Assembly: GCA_964648855.1 (NCBI GenBank)
Contig: CAZYLT010000011.1
Location: forward strand, 1-32,000
Source of the DNA: an uncultured archaeon
Lineage (GTDB): Archaea; Asgardarchaeota; Thorarchaeia; Thorarchaeales; Thorarchaeaceae
Direction of reading: 5' to 3'
DNA: 32,000 nt
Part shown: positions 17,323-27,451 of the stretch, in pieces
Numbering within the stretch: position 1 is the stretch's first letter
Layout of the letters: every line of letters begins with the position of its first letter
Program-made: the position numbers and the translations under genes
Notes under the pieces: model-generated
Databases searched by the model: none
What the model saw: only the letters and a program-made list of their open reading frames with translations
What the model was told of the DNA's origin: nothing

Positions 17323-17721
17323 ATGCGGTTCCTATTTGGTCGGAAGAAGAAAGAGGATGAAGAAGAAGCTGCCGATGAAGGAGAACGGAAGAAAGGTCTA
17401 GGAATCTTCTCACCTGCTGTTGAAAAGAAGGAACTTGATCCACAACACGAATTCAGACGTCTTGCTGAACTCGATAGCATATTCATCAGATCCAAGCGTT
17501 TGGAATCTCTGGACGACGTTCCTTTCATTGTGAATCAGGTGAAGAATGGTAATATCGTTTTGTTAGATATTCGCAAACTTAATGATGGGCGGGACCAAAC
17601 CCATTTGGAGCTAAAGCGAATCATTGAACGTATCCGTGGAGAAACACGAAGTTATCATGCAGACCTTGCTTTAGTCAATGATAACTGTGTGATTGTGGCG
17701 CCATCGTTTGTGAACTTCTAA
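17323..17721 (+). CDS. sepF: Cell division protein SepF (archaeal type)
   Basis: N-terminal amphipathic MRFLFG, GNIVLLDI..L, ELKRII, VIVAPS.V. Confidence 0.88.
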   Translation: MRFLFGRKKKEDEEEAADEGERKKGLGIFSPAVEKKELDPQHEFRRLAELDSIFIRSKRLESLDDVPFIVNQVKNGNIVLLDIRKLNDGRDQTHLELKRIIERIRGETRSYHADLALVNDNCVIVAPSFVNF

Positions 17722-17736
17722 TATCCGTATGACTAT

Positions 17737-19650
17737 CTACTTGAGTTTCGCTGACTCTGTGACCATTAGAGCTTTTGTTTCAATCTTCAAAGCCTTATGA
17801 ATGGTTGAGGCCAGATTGAGGCATTTTGACGCCTCCCCATGGCATGTCAAGACTTTCTCCGGACTAGGATTCACTCTTTTGACGAAGTTGAGAATCTGTT
17901 TGCGGTCCGAGTGACCCGAGAATCCCTCAACCGTTTCCACTTGAAGATTCACCGGAACTGATTGTGAATTTCCCTCTCTATCCCTCATCTGAATCTCCTT
18001 CCATCCCTTCTGGATTCTTCTGCCAAGTGTACCTTCACCTTGGTAGCTTACAAAGATGAGAGTATTTTGTTTGTCCGGGGCCAACAGCCTGAAATAATCA
18101 ACGCTAGGACCCCCCACAAGCATACCAGATGTTGCCATGATGATACAAGGTTCTCCCTCCACTATTTCTTCACGTTGGTCGGGAGTGTCAACCTGCACGA
18201 AAATATCATTGAGGAATGGATTAACTCCTTGATGGAAGATTAATTCTCTGATTTTCTTGCTCAACGCTTCAGGGTGTGTTGTATGAATGGCTGTTGCTTG
18301 AGCAATCATCCCCTCCAAATATACTGGGACTCTAGGTATTCGATTCTTGGTCACCAAATCCTCAATCACTAGCATAATCTCTTGTGCTCTTCCTACCGCT
18401 AGAACTGGAATCAGGACCTTGGCTCCCCGTTTGATGGTTTTGCGTATGATTGAAGCAAACTTTCTCTCTACCTCTTGTCTAGGAGGCATCTTATCGGTTG
18501 GGTGGCCATAGGTGCTTTCGACTATCAATGTTTCAAGTCTTGGAAATGTGAATGTAGCCGGCTCCAATAATCGAGTTCTCCCAAATTTGAAGTCGCCCGT
18601 ATACGCGAGATTGTATTGTCCATCGCCAATATGGAGATGTATGATTGCTGACCCCAGGATATGGCCTGCGTTATGAAGAGTCAGTCGAACATCTGGTGCG
18701 ATATCAGTAACCTCACCGTAATTCAGTGCGATTGTGTGGAGTATTGCCTCTTTGACATCTCTATCTCTATAAGGCCTGGCTTTTCCTTCTCGTTCTGCAA
18801 CATCAAGATAATCAAGCTGCAGTAAAGTAGAAAGATTAAGCGTAGGAGCAGTCATGTAAACCGGTCCACGGTATCCGTACTTGAAGAGGTAGGGTACCAT
18901 GCCACTATGATCTAGGTGCGCATGTGAAATGACAACTGCATCTAGTCCCTCGATACTGAACTCCGGCATATCGAGCCGTGGAAATGCTCTTGCAGGCGTA
19001 CCGACATTGACCCCACAATCAACCAAGATATTGCTCTCAGCTGTTTGAAGGAACATACATTGTCTTCCAACCTCGCGGAAGCCACCCATAGCCGTGAGCC
19101 TAACCCAACCATTCTCAATCAGTGTTGAACGATGAATCCGTCTGCCAATCTCTCGAAATGCTTTCTTTCTCTGTGCAGCCTCGGATTGAATGATATAGCG
19201 GATTTGTTTTATGAGTTTACTCTCAATAGGTGGAGTTCTTTGAACACTTGGCCTCCATAACGTCTGCCTCGTAATCTCTCTCAGAGTACTGCCGCCCCTG
19301 CCGATTACTAAACCAGGCTTCTGTGCTTCTATGATAATCTCACCACGCGACTCGTCAAAATCCAAGGATGTTATCTCCGCTTCATCAGGCACTAGCTTTC
19401 GGACTGTACTCTCGGCTTCATCATGAGGTAGCCTGACCTCCGGTGCAGATCTGACCACAATCCGTTTTCTCATTTTTCTGGCCAATGACTTGATTCTGTC
19501 ACCATCATCAAGTAGGATTTTTGGTGCCTTTGAGTAGATGGCAATTTCGGGCCCTTCATATTCAACACCGCTGATTGCAGCTGATTTGGGCAGAGCCTTC
19601 ATTATTGCCTCTCGTATATCAACCGATTCATTGTTATTGTGAGAAGTCAT
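17737..19650 (-). CDS. fttA: Beta-CASP ribonuclease aCPSF1 / transcription termination factor FttA
   Basis: Two KH domains (KPGLVIGRGG), SHAHLDH, AGHILGS, FSGHSD; 637 aa. Confidence 0.98.
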   Translation of the reverse strand: MTSHNNNESVDIREAIMKALPKSAAISGVEYEGPEIAIYSKAPKILLDDGDRIKSLARKMRKRIVVRSAPEVRLPHDEAESTVRKLVPDEAEITSLDFDESRGEIIIEAQKPGLVIGRGGSTLREITRQTLWRPSVQRTPPIESKLIKQIRYIIQSEAAQRKKAFREIGRRIHRSTLIENGWVRLTAMGGFREVGRQCMFLQTAESNILVDCGVNVGTPARAFPRLDMPEFSIEGLDAVVISHAHLDHSGMVPYLFKYGYRGPVYMTAPTLNLSTLLQLDYLDVAEREGKARPYRDRDVKEAILHTIALNYGEVTDIAPDVRLTLHNAGHILGSAIIHLHIGDGQYNLAYTGDFKFGRTRLLEPATFTFPRLETLIVESTYGHPTDKMPPRQEVERKFASIIRKTIKRGAKVLIPVLAVGRAQEIMLVIEDLVTKNRIPRVPVYLEGMIAQATAIHTTHPEALSKKIRELIFHQGVNPFLNDIFVQVDTPDQREEIVEGEPCIIMATSGMLVGGPSVDYFRLLAPDKQNTLIFVSYQGEGTLGRRIQKGWKEIQMRDREGNSQSVPVNLQVETVEGFSGHSDRKQILNFVKRVNPSPEKVLTCHGEASKCLNLASTIHKALKIETKALMVTESAKLK

Positions 19651-19769
19651 CTATTGTCACTTCTTGAGATAGGCCGGTAATTAACTCGTACCGGTTTCAT
19701 AGTCAACCTTACCCAGAGGGCAAGTACTGTGTTTTCTGCGATAACTTGCTGTGCTAGAGAAGGAAATCT

Positions 19770-20405
19770 CTATTTCTTCCAAATCTTATCGATTGCTTCT
19801 TTTGGAATCTCTTCATAACCGTCCTCGTCAATGACACTGACAAGAATTGCATTACCGCTCGCGGCATCGCGCTCAATTGCTGATGCTATGGAACGCACTG
19901 CAAGCTCAATCGCTTTTTTCCTTGGAAGATCCTCCTTGTAGTCGGCTTCTAGAACACCTAGAGCCACAGGAGAACCTGATCCAGTTGCTACATAATCATC
20001 TGGGATGACAGATCCAATATAGTCAGTATAGTAGACCTGAGCTCCCTCGTCATCAAATCCTCCCACGAGACACTGCAACAGGTAGCTCCCTCTGGCTTGG
20101 AACATGATATTGCTCAATAATCTTGTGAGTGCCTTTACGCGCATAGGGCGTTCACGCTGGATTTCAAAGAGCTTTGCCTCCGCCTGTAGAATGTCCATGA
20201 TGTTTTGGGCATCTGCAACGGAACCCGCAATAGTTGCACCAATTCGGTCAGTGATTTTATAGACCTTCTTTGCAGTTTTGCTTGCAATTAGTAGGCCCAT
20301 GGTTGCGCGCTGATCACTAGCTAGGACTACACAGTCTTTACCTTTCAGGCCAACTGTAGTAGTACCAGTCTTCAATTCATCGGGTTCCTTTAGCGAATGT
20401 TCCAT
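19770..20405 (-). CDS. psmB: Proteasome subunit beta
   Basis: Propeptide ending KTG|TTTVG, ATGSGS, RDAASG. Confidence 0.98.
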   Translation of the reverse strand: MEHSLKEPDELKTGTTTVGLKGKDCVVLASDQRATMGLLIASKTAKKVYKITDRIGATIAGSVADAQNIMDILQAEAKLFEIQRERPMRVKALTRLLSNIMFQARGSYLLQCLVGGFDDEGAQVYYTDYIGSVIPDDYVATGSGSPVALGVLEADYKEDLPRKKAIELAVRSIASAIERDAASGNAILVSVIDEDGYEEIPKEAIDKIWKK

Positions 20406-20534
20406 GTTAAGTAACTCCCTTAATGAGAATAGGTCTCGGAGAACTAGTGACGATTAAGTCGGTTCGACACAGAGTATTAAAAGCTTTTTACATCGCACAA
20501 GTTTCTTAGTACTCGCCTTCGCAGAAATGCTAAT

Positions 20535-21302
20535 CTATTCCTCGTCAGAATCTTCTTCCTTTGGCTCTTCCGGACGTTCAAAACTCACGACCATCTTAAC
20601 CTCTTCTGCTTTTTCAAAGACCTTGAGTAGATCCGCTGCGATTCCAATCTCTGCATATTGGATATTTTCAATATACCTCGTTTCCTTTGGAAGCTCGACA
20701 GTGACAGTCTTTCCTCTTATGCCTCCACTAAACTTCTCATCAGGAAGTGCAGGAATGCGACGTTTCACCACTGCCTTCATTTTCTCCTTCTTGCCACTTA
20801 CAATTTCACGAACAATGACATCGAAAACCAGGGTCTTGCCTGCTAGGGGGCTATTGAAATCCACTCGAACCGTACGTCCCAAAACTGATGTTATTACGCC
20901 TCGCTCCTGTCCGAATGTTATTCTCTCTCCCTTTATCGGCTGAATACCCTGCTTGGCGAGTTTGGTAATTGCTATCTTTTTGATTTTCTTAGGATCTCTG
21001 GTGCCGGCTCCTTTCTCTGGTGGGACCTCGATAGTTTTCTTCTCTCCTACTTTCATTCCGACAAGCTCATCCTCGATTGCCTTCAGAAGCCAATTCCATC
21101 CAACCGCAACCAACATCGGTTCATAACGGTCGTCTTCTTTGTAAACTCCCTCTTCTTTGGCAACATCCTCCATAGTCAGGTCGAAGACCTCACCGTCTTC
21201 TTTTGTTCTTCCTACATAATCAACATAGACCAGGCTATTTTCTATAACAGCATCTTCAGATTTCTTGCTGGTCTTCTTTTTGCCAGATTTCTTATCGGCC
21301 AT
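20535..21302 (-). CDS. Long-type FKBP peptidyl-prolyl isomerase (SlyD-like)
   Basis: VDYVG...GEVFD, VDFNSPLAGKTLVF; start set at MADKK. Confidence 0.93.
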   Translation of the reverse strand: MADKKSGKKKTSKKSEDAVIENSLVYVDYVGRTKEDGEVFDLTMEDVAKEEGVYKEDDRYEPMLVAVGWNWLLKAIEDELVGMKVGEKKTIEVPPEKGAGTRDPKKIKKIAITKLAKQGIQPIKGERITFGQERGVITSVLGRTVRVDFNSPLAGKTLVFDVIVREIVSGKKEKMKAVVKRRIPALPDEKFSGGIRGKTVTVELPKETRYIENIQYAEIGIAADLLKVFEKAEEVKMVVSFERPEEPKEEDSDEE

Positions 21303-21380
21303 ATTAATTCCACTCGCAAAGTAAAAACTGCGCTCAGCGGCTCTCACTATTGAGGTTATAAAACCATTTCCTTGTAACAG

Positions 21381-21968
21381 TTACTTTGGTGATGCTTTCA
21401 GAATCGACAACTTTTCAAAAAACAACTGTATCTGGTTGATTATCTCAGCGGATAGGTTCAAAGCTTCCATCGCATCCTCAATGTGTCCGACATCTGCTAA
21501 TGATGACACAACAACAAAGATGACACCTCCCGGCTTGAGACGCCTAATTGCCTGACTTAGGAATTCTTCAGTTACTTCAGTACCTCGCACTCCTCCGATA
21601 TACGACATATCCTCCTCTGTCACAACATCGTCTGCTGGAAGATATGGTGCATTGAATACGATAAAATCGAATACATGGTCGTCGGCTATTGCTAAGAATA
21701 GATCTGTCTGAAGAACATCTGTTAAATGATCCATTCTGTTACGAACTAGGTTCTCTTTGGTGTTCTTTACGGCTGATAGCGAAATGTCACAAGCTAGCAG
21801 CTTGTCTGCCTTGCCTGCTAAATGAACTGAAAGATAACCAGAGCCCGAACCCATCTCCAACACTTTTCCTTCTATTTGGGAATATATTGAATCCAGCAAT
21901 AGAAACGTGTCTTCCGCTGGAGGGTATACTTCCTCCCGCACATGGAAATGAAACTTCTCTCCTCCCAT
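21381..21968 (-). CDS. HemK2/Mtq2 release-factor glutamine methyltransferase
   Basis: EVYPPAEDT.LL, EMGSGSG, FNAPY. Confidence 0.92.
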   Translation of the reverse strand: MGGEKFHFHVREEVYPPAEDTFLLLDSIYSQIEGKVLEMGSGSGYLSVHLAGKADKLLACDISLSAVKNTKENLVRNRMDHLTDVLQTDLFLAIADDHVFDFIVFNAPYLPADDVVTEEDMSYIGGVRGTEVTEEFLSQAIRRLKPGGVIFVVVSSLADVGHIEDAMEALNLSAEIINQIQLFFEKLSILKASPK

Positions 21969-21970
21969 GC

Positions 21971-22831
21971 CTATTCCCCTTTCAATGCATCAATTATGCC
22001 CTCTTGCTGTAGCTCAAACAAGACATCTGATAGCCCTATAATCTGCGAGAGTTTCAGTTCTCGCGGACGGGTTTTCCCCAGTCTTTCGTCCATTTGTTCA
22101 AGAATTCTCCATGCAAGCTCTTCCTGTTCGCCCAGATTTCTTAGCCAAATTCCCAATGCGTTTCGGAGATACTTGTTCGGATATGAGAATATCCCTCGGA
22201 CGACTGCATCAAATATCTCATCATCCTTCGCCCTCGGACCTGACTTCTTTTGCTTGATTTTCAATACAGTTGAATCAACTGCCGGCACTGGGTAAAATTC
22301 GTTCGCCCCAACATCCATTATCTTTTCAGCTGTTGCCTTATACTGGAAATTCACGCTTACGCGAGAGAATGTTGAATCTCCTGAACTGGCTAGAAAGCGG
22401 TCTGCAAATTCCTTCTGATACATCAGAACCGCACACTCAAAATCCAATTCCGAGAGAAGTCTGAAGGTTATTTGAGATGCAACATTATATGGTAGATTTG
22501 AAACGATCTTGTCTGCATCAGGCAAATCCACTTCGAGAGCATCTCCTTGAATAATCCTAATATTATCTGTCTTCTCAAACAAATCCCGGAGCGCTCTTAC
22601 AAGTCCTGGCTCAATTTCAACTAGAACGACCTTTGCACCAGTTCGTACTAGAATCGATGTGAGTACACCCAAACCGGGACCAATCTCGAGTACGATGTCA
22701 CTAGGCACTATGTTTGCATGCTCTACAATCTTCCTAGCGACTTGCTTGTTCAAGAGGAATGTCTGTCCAAATTCGCGTTTCAGTCCAACTTGATACCTTT
22801 TTAGTAGAGATCTTATTTGATGCTCTGACAA
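21971..22831 (-). CDS. rsmA: 16S rRNA dimethyladenosine transferase KsgA/Dim1
   Basis: GQTFL, LEIGPGLG, VSNLPY, F.PVPAVDS. Confidence 0.97.
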   Translation of the reverse strand: MSEHQIRSLLKRYQVGLKREFGQTFLLNKQVARKIVEHANIVPSDIVLEIGPGLGVLTSILVRTGAKVVLVEIEPGLVRALRDLFEKTDNIRIIQGDALEVDLPDADKIVSNLPYNVASQITFRLLSELDFECAVLMYQKEFADRFLASSGDSTFSRVSVNFQYKATAEKIMDVGANEFYPVPAVDSTVLKIKQKKSGPRAKDDEIFDAVVRGIFSYPNKYLRNALGIWLRNLGEQEELAWRILEQMDERLGKTRPRELKLSQIIGLSDVLFELQQEGIIDALKGE

Positions 22832-22858
22832 AATCGGTCACCAGATTGAAACTGTAGA

Positions 22859-23461
22859 CTATCTGCCTGAATGGCGTGGCCTATCCGAATCAGTAATTGG
22901 AGGCTTTACGAAAAGCCAACGCTTTACATCTCCCTTCAATTCGTCCACTATCCGTCCAGTAACAACCTTCTTTGGATTTTGTAATTTTGTTCTGGACGCG
23001 ATATCATCGAAGCTCTTGAATTTTCCCTTCTTTCGTTCCTCTAGAAGAGCCCACATGAGTGTCTGACCTATACCCGGCAAAAGCTGCAATGAATGCATCC
23101 TCGTTGTAATGGGGGGTGCCTCATTAAAGAACTTCACAAATCTAGTCTCATGTTTAGTGACTATTATCTCGATTACTAGCGGTAGTTCAGCAGAACTTTC
23201 AGGAGCAAGGTCGTCATAGGAAATACGTCTTTTTACATGATCTATCTGTCCACGTGCGTCTCTCTCGATAACTACTCGATCCTGTGGACGTAGCTTTGCT
23301 CCCCGCTTAGGAACAAGCTCTAAGAGTGTGAAGTTGTCTTCTCCAATGGACTGGACTGTTGAACCTGAACTTCCCCTGCCTTCCCTTAGAAAGGTCTTTG
23401 GCGGAATGACTGCCAAGACATAGGCATGTGTTTCGTACGCTCGATTGTCAGGTTGTTCCAT
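22859..23461 (-). CDS. DUF655 putative RNA-binding protein
   Basis: IGEDNFTLLE, FFNEAPPITTRMHSLQLLPGIG; conserved position between rpoF and ksgA. Confidence 0.95.
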   Translation of the reverse strand: MEQPDNRAYETHAYVLAVIPPKTFLREGRGSSGSTVQSIGEDNFTLLELVPKRGAKLRPQDRVVIERDARGQIDHVKRRISYDDLAPESSAELPLVIEIIVTKHETRFVKFFNEAPPITTRMHSLQLLPGIGQTLMWALLEERKKGKFKSFDDIASRTKLQNPKKVVTGRIVDELKGDVKRWLFVKPPITDSDRPRHSGR

Positions 23462-23591
23462 CCATAATCGCTCCTAATTGGTATAGACAACATTGTCATG
23501 AATTGTGTTTTGAGGGATAAAAGTCAATCGGGCTAGGCTGATGGACACATATCGCATCTTGTTCATACAAAAAATCCATCGAGTAATGATA

Positions 23592-23927
23592 CTACCTAAC
23601 CTTACTCTCCATTATTTCTGCTATCTCCTCAAGCTGTTCATCCGTAAGACCCGTTGGCCGGAGATCAATGAGGGTCTTAAGCTCCTCTGGTGTGGTTGGA
23701 CCAATATTCACTATTTGAACTGCTTGGAATCTCGTGAGTTCGTAATTCTTCATTAGCCTCTTCACAAGACGTTTGGAAGCGGACGGTGTCATCTTAGCAA
23801 AGGTGGTTGCATGCTCTAGAGTAATGGTTTGCTGGAAAGATAACTCGCCCTGTTTCTCTCTCTTCTTAAGAATTTTTTTGACTTGAGGTAACGTGACCTC
23901 TTTATCATCAATTATTTCTCGTGGCAT
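23592..23927 (-). CDS. rpoF: RNA polymerase subunit F (Rpo4)
   Basis: VK.IL..R....ELSFQQ..TLEH...F, IVNI.P....EL; synteny. Confidence 0.93.
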   Translation of the reverse strand: MPREIIDDKEVTLPQVKKILKKREKQGELSFQQTITLEHATTFAKMTPSASKRLVKRLMKNYELTRFQAVQIVNIGPTTPEELKTLIDLRPTGLTDEQLEEIAEIMESKVR

Positions 23928-23937
23928 CTGTCAGCAC

Positions 23938-24240
23938 TTACTCCTTGTTGGGCCGTAGATGCTCAGGGCGCACAATCAATGTCTTGGTTGCTTTTCCGAG
24001 ACTGACTTCGACGATAACTCCTCTGCCTCTCATCCCCTTTACAATTCCGGTTCTGCCTTGGTATCGTCTATGTGGCATGCCCTTATGCATACTAGGGTCG
24101 ATAACGATGTTGACACGTTGGCCCTCTTGGTATTCAATAAGCATTGAGCCCAGTGGTGAAATACCTCGATTTCTAGGCCTCTTAGACATGAGGCTACGAG
24201 TTCTTGCACGGTATCCATGACTCTTCTTTACCATGACCAT
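23938..24240 (-). CDS. rpl21e: 50S ribosomal protein L21e
   Basis: SHGYRARTR, HKGMPHRRYQGRTG, VRPEHL. Confidence 0.98.
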   Translation of the reverse strand: MVMVKKSHGYRARTRSLMSKRPRNRGISPLGSMLIEYQEGQRVNIVIDPSMHKGMPHRRYQGRTGIVKGMRGRGVIVEVSLGKATKTLIVRPEHLRPNKE

Positions 24241-24345
24241 CGACCTGTTGTTAATTGATTACCCCGGAATTTAAGGAAGAAGGTATGCACACCCACCCGA
24301 GGCTCAGCATCACGTCTTTAGTGACCACTTAAGGATTATGGTGTG

Positions 24346-25716
24346 TTAAGCACGAATTGCTGTCACATTTAGCTTCAGGCATTTGCATTTTATTCCAAGG
24401 AGACTACTCAGTGAGGGAGTAGTTCTTCCCTCGTCTCCGGAGATCAACTCCTTGACATAGGTGCCCCCTTGCACGACGAAATCACCACGCAATTCGAGCT
24501 CATCAGTCTTTAGTAACCTAACGCTATGAATCGTCTTTTTCCTAATGCGGTCGCTTCTTCGATGTGCCACTCTATGTGGTGTTCTTTGCTTAATTTCAAT
24601 GTCCTTCAGCTCTGTTTCAGCCCTTCGCAGCATATCATCGGACACTTCTTCCTCGGTTGATATCTTCGCCACATATTCCTTGATATTCGATGAGGCATCA
24701 CTCTTCAGATTCTGCATTACATCCCTTGATGTGAACTCAAGGGAATCAACTTCCACTTTTCCGCCAGCTTTACTATTGATTGTCGATTCAATCTCATCAA
24801 GGTCAATCTTGCGTTTTTTTGGTTCAGATATTTCTACAACAAATGGTCGTCCTGACCCCAACATCAAGGCATCCACGTCTTCCCTTCCTGCTGCATGAAA
24901 CTTGAACTTGGTACCTTGAGCCGCTTCTAGTATTGGTTTACTTACATATTCCGATACAGAATCAGGGTATCTCCTGCCTGTTCCATTGCACTCTTCACAG
25001 CCTTTACCATTGCAGCTAGTGCAATCCCACCTGCTTTGAGGAATTCCCCGCTCCAGCTTTCTGTAACGGCCGAAAATAAAAATGGGGTTGATTTGAAGGC
25101 GGAATGTATCCTCTCTCATTTCATAGATTACTACAATATCTGGGTTTTCGAATTCGACTCTTTTCTCCACAAGTTGCTCAAGACATTTACCGAGTTCTCT
25201 ATTAAAGTCTGACTTCAATGCCTCAGCATGAAGAAGATTCAGTTTTGCGCGTAATTCATCCTGTCTTTCTGAAAGAGTTGGGTCTGGTACAGAACCTACG
25301 AGAAATGTATCAAACTCGTAAGAGCGCACTCTCTCTTGGGCTCTCCTTGCTATGTCCGGTATTTGTTTGAACAGAGGCTCATTTCTGACTTCACAGAGAT
25401 AGCAGTTTTTATGGCCATCAACATCAATTCCATGTTCCTCACAAAGCGAAATTGCAGGTTCATACATACCATGATCTGCTAGCTGAGGTATTATTGTGTC
25501 CTGAATCTTTGCATCTCCTGTCCTAATTCGTTCGTCTGCAATCATTGTCAATAACAGCTTAATGCTTCTTCCACGTTCTTCATTTGTGGAATCAGTGCTA
25601 AGCCATGCAAACTGTCTTCCAAGGCACTGATCACATACTGGGTGCAATGTTAGTAACTCGACTGACTTCTCAAGAACATCCTTTCTGGCGTTCATCTTCA
25701 TTGCCTCCAGTGACAA
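24346..25716 (-). CDS. pus10: tRNA pseudouridine(54/55) synthase Pus10
   Basis: CDQCLGR, GRYRKLERGIPQ, AGREDVD, QRTP.RV.HRR, GGTYVKELISG. Confidence 0.97.
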   Translation of the reverse strand: MSLEAMKMNARKDVLEKSVELLTLHPVCDQCLGRQFAWLSTDSTNEERGRSIKLLLTMIADERIRTGDAKIQDTIIPQLADHGMYEPAISLCEEHGIDVDGHKNCYLCEVRNEPLFKQIPDIARRAQERVRSYEFDTFLVGSVPDPTLSERQDELRAKLNLLHAEALKSDFNRELGKCLEQLVEKRVEFENPDIVVIYEMREDTFRLQINPIFIFGRYRKLERGIPQSRWDCTSCNGKGCEECNGTGRRYPDSVSEYVSKPILEAAQGTKFKFHAAGREDVDALMLGSGRPFVVEISEPKKRKIDLDEIESTINSKAGGKVEVDSLEFTSRDVMQNLKSDASSNIKEYVAKISTEEEVSDDMLRRAETELKDIEIKQRTPHRVAHRRSDRIRKKTIHSVRLLKTDELELRGDFVVQGGTYVKELISGDEGRTTPSLSSLLGIKCKCLKLNVTAIRA

Positions 25717-25755
25717 GTTTCTCTATTAGGAAAATGATAAAGATGTAGCTATGTA

Positions 25756-26952
25756 TCATATCAATGGCGACAAGTATCTTATCGCCCTGAGCCCTGCGAT
25801 ATACGCCATGGGCTTTTTCATAAGGTCAAGAATCACCCGTTTCTGCTTATCCATATCTCCTGATTTTTCAACCACTTGTAATAGTCCGTATTCTGATATG
25901 TCATGAATCAAGGAATCAAGCCCTTTATCGGACAAAGATGTGAGAAATTTCTGAGCGATAAACATAGCGCGAAATTCTCTCTCTAGATTTGCTCTCCATT
26001 GAGCACTGTACTCATCGAGCCCCCGCTCGAATTCGGCCCTAAGCAGTCTGTTCCTTATGACTTGGCCAGCAATTCTTGCAGCAATACCTCCCAGAATAAC
26101 ACCCCCACCAGTCGTCGCCTTCACATGCCCTGCGGCATCACCCGTGACAACTGCATTTCCTATTGATGTTCTTTCTATAGGCGTCCCAACTAATACAATT
26201 CCTCCAAATCCTCTTCGGATTCTTGCGCCCTCTACTCTTTTAGATATCAAGAAATGATGTTTCATGGCGGATTCCAGACGCCGCTTTGCCTCCCCTCTTG
26301 AGGCTAATCCCACACGTGCTTTTCCTTCTCCAAGCGGAATAATCCATGCAAAAAAGCCTGCAGAGAGCTTCCTCCCATAGAACATCTCCACATGTTTCTG
26401 ATCAATATCGGCACCTTCCATTTCAAATTGAAATGCAGGATATTTGCTACTCTTAGGAACGGTAGGAAACCCCAGTTGCTGCGAGATTTGGCAACGAGGA
26501 CCCTCAGCTACACAGACAAACCTCGATTGTATAGATTCAGCTACAGATCTCAAAGATAGGGTGTACTTCTGCCCATCAATGCGTATCTTATTCACATGGG
26601 CGTCAGTCTTTATCTGTACACCCTTCTTCTCAGCCCTGTCTGCCAACCACTGGTCGAATAGGCTTCTGTTTACCACAAGTGCCTCCCTTTTCTTTCTCTC
26701 AATGAGAAGAGAGTGACCTGACGGGGAGTAGATTTTGGCACCCTCTATCGTGTTTTGAATTACTGAATTGGGGGGACGCAGCCCCAAATCATCCAGACCA
26801 GAAACACTCAGTAGTCCTGCACAGTGGTCCGGAACGCCTACTTCTTTGTGCTCTTCCAAAACAACAACATCGAAATCATGCTCAGTTACCTCGGTGGCAG
26901 CCAATAATCCGCTTGGTCCGGCTCCGACCACAGCCACGTCATACATCATCAT
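25756..26952 (-). CDS. Geranylgeranyl reductase family FAD oxidoreductase
   Basis: YDVAVVGAGPSG, P.HCAG, FFAWIIP, GDAAG.VK.TTGGG. Native start at MMMYDV; the ORF extension to 27075 is element-derived. Confidence 0.94.
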   Translation of the reverse strand: MMMYDVAVVGAGPSGLLAATEVTEHDFDVVVLEEHKEVGVPDHCAGLLSVSGLDDLGLRPPNSVIQNTIEGAKIYSPSGHSLLIERKKREALVVNRSLFDQWLADRAEKKGVQIKTDAHVNKIRIDGQKYTLSLRSVAESIQSRFVCVAEGPRCQISQQLGFPTVPKSSKYPAFQFEMEGADIDQKHVEMFYGRKLSAGFFAWIIPLGEGKARVGLASRGEAKRRLESAMKHHFLISKRVEGARIRRGFGGIVLVGTPIERTSIGNAVVTGDAAGHVKATTGGGVILGGIAARIAGQVIRNRLLRAEFERGLDEYSAQWRANLEREFRAMFIAQKFLTSLSDKGLDSLIHDISEYGLLQVVEKSGDMDKQKRVILDLMKKPMAYIAGLRAIRYLSPLI

Positions 26953-26986
26953 GTTTCGAATAAAATGGACGCAAAACACCCTTTTT

Positions 26987-27181
26987 ATAATCTGTTCCCG
27001 CAAAGTGAGTGAACTCAAATCGTGTGAAACTTCTGTGTTCCACCCTTCCCCCTGTGGATTTTTCTGAAAAGTCACACTCAGTCACAACGAGGCCTTTCAC
27101 AATTCTTACCACGGCGGGTTCATGATCGCCCTTACAAGCTTCATTACCGAAGGTAGCAAGGCTCGTCGGAGCATTGTTCAT
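26987..27181 (-). mobile_element. Second, internally deleted copy of the structured element
   Basis: 26987-27112 aligns with 1-233 except for a ~106-nt deletion. The peptide-like frame APTSLATFGNEACKGDHEPAVVRIVKGLVVTECD extends upstream. Confidence 0.65.
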
Positions 27182-27451
27182 CTCGAGGACTGAGGGGTTT
27201 TAGACCTAGCCACTGCTAGATTGCATTAATCTTTGAGAGTATCCAACCACCACACCTTACATAGAAGAGCCACAACTGGCTTGTTGTTGCGGTGTACCTG
27301 CATCCTGACACAAGAATTGTATCAGTATAGGAGCGGTAATGAAATGCCAGAAAGACCAAGTTCAATCTAGAACTATTACAAGAACATCTTATAAATTAAA
27401 AAAAACAATGAATTTATATGTTATAAAAATAAGAACTACGAGGTTATTGTA

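Noticed and set aside
19671-19697. Inverted repeat in the fttA leader
   Set aside because: Only 6 bp on the sense strand; too weak to call.
24241-24345. Possible C/D-box sRNA between pus10 and rpl21e
   Set aside because: Imperfect C box and a CTGA at the wrong spacing.
17737-25716. fttA-psmB and pus10-rpl21e-rpoF-DUF655-ksgA-hemK2 clustering as a novel system
   Set aside because: Well-known conserved archaeal gene neighbourhoods.
26953-27075. N-terminal extension of the geranylgeranyl reductase
   Set aside because: Derived from the repeat element; the Rossmann motif begins right after MMM.
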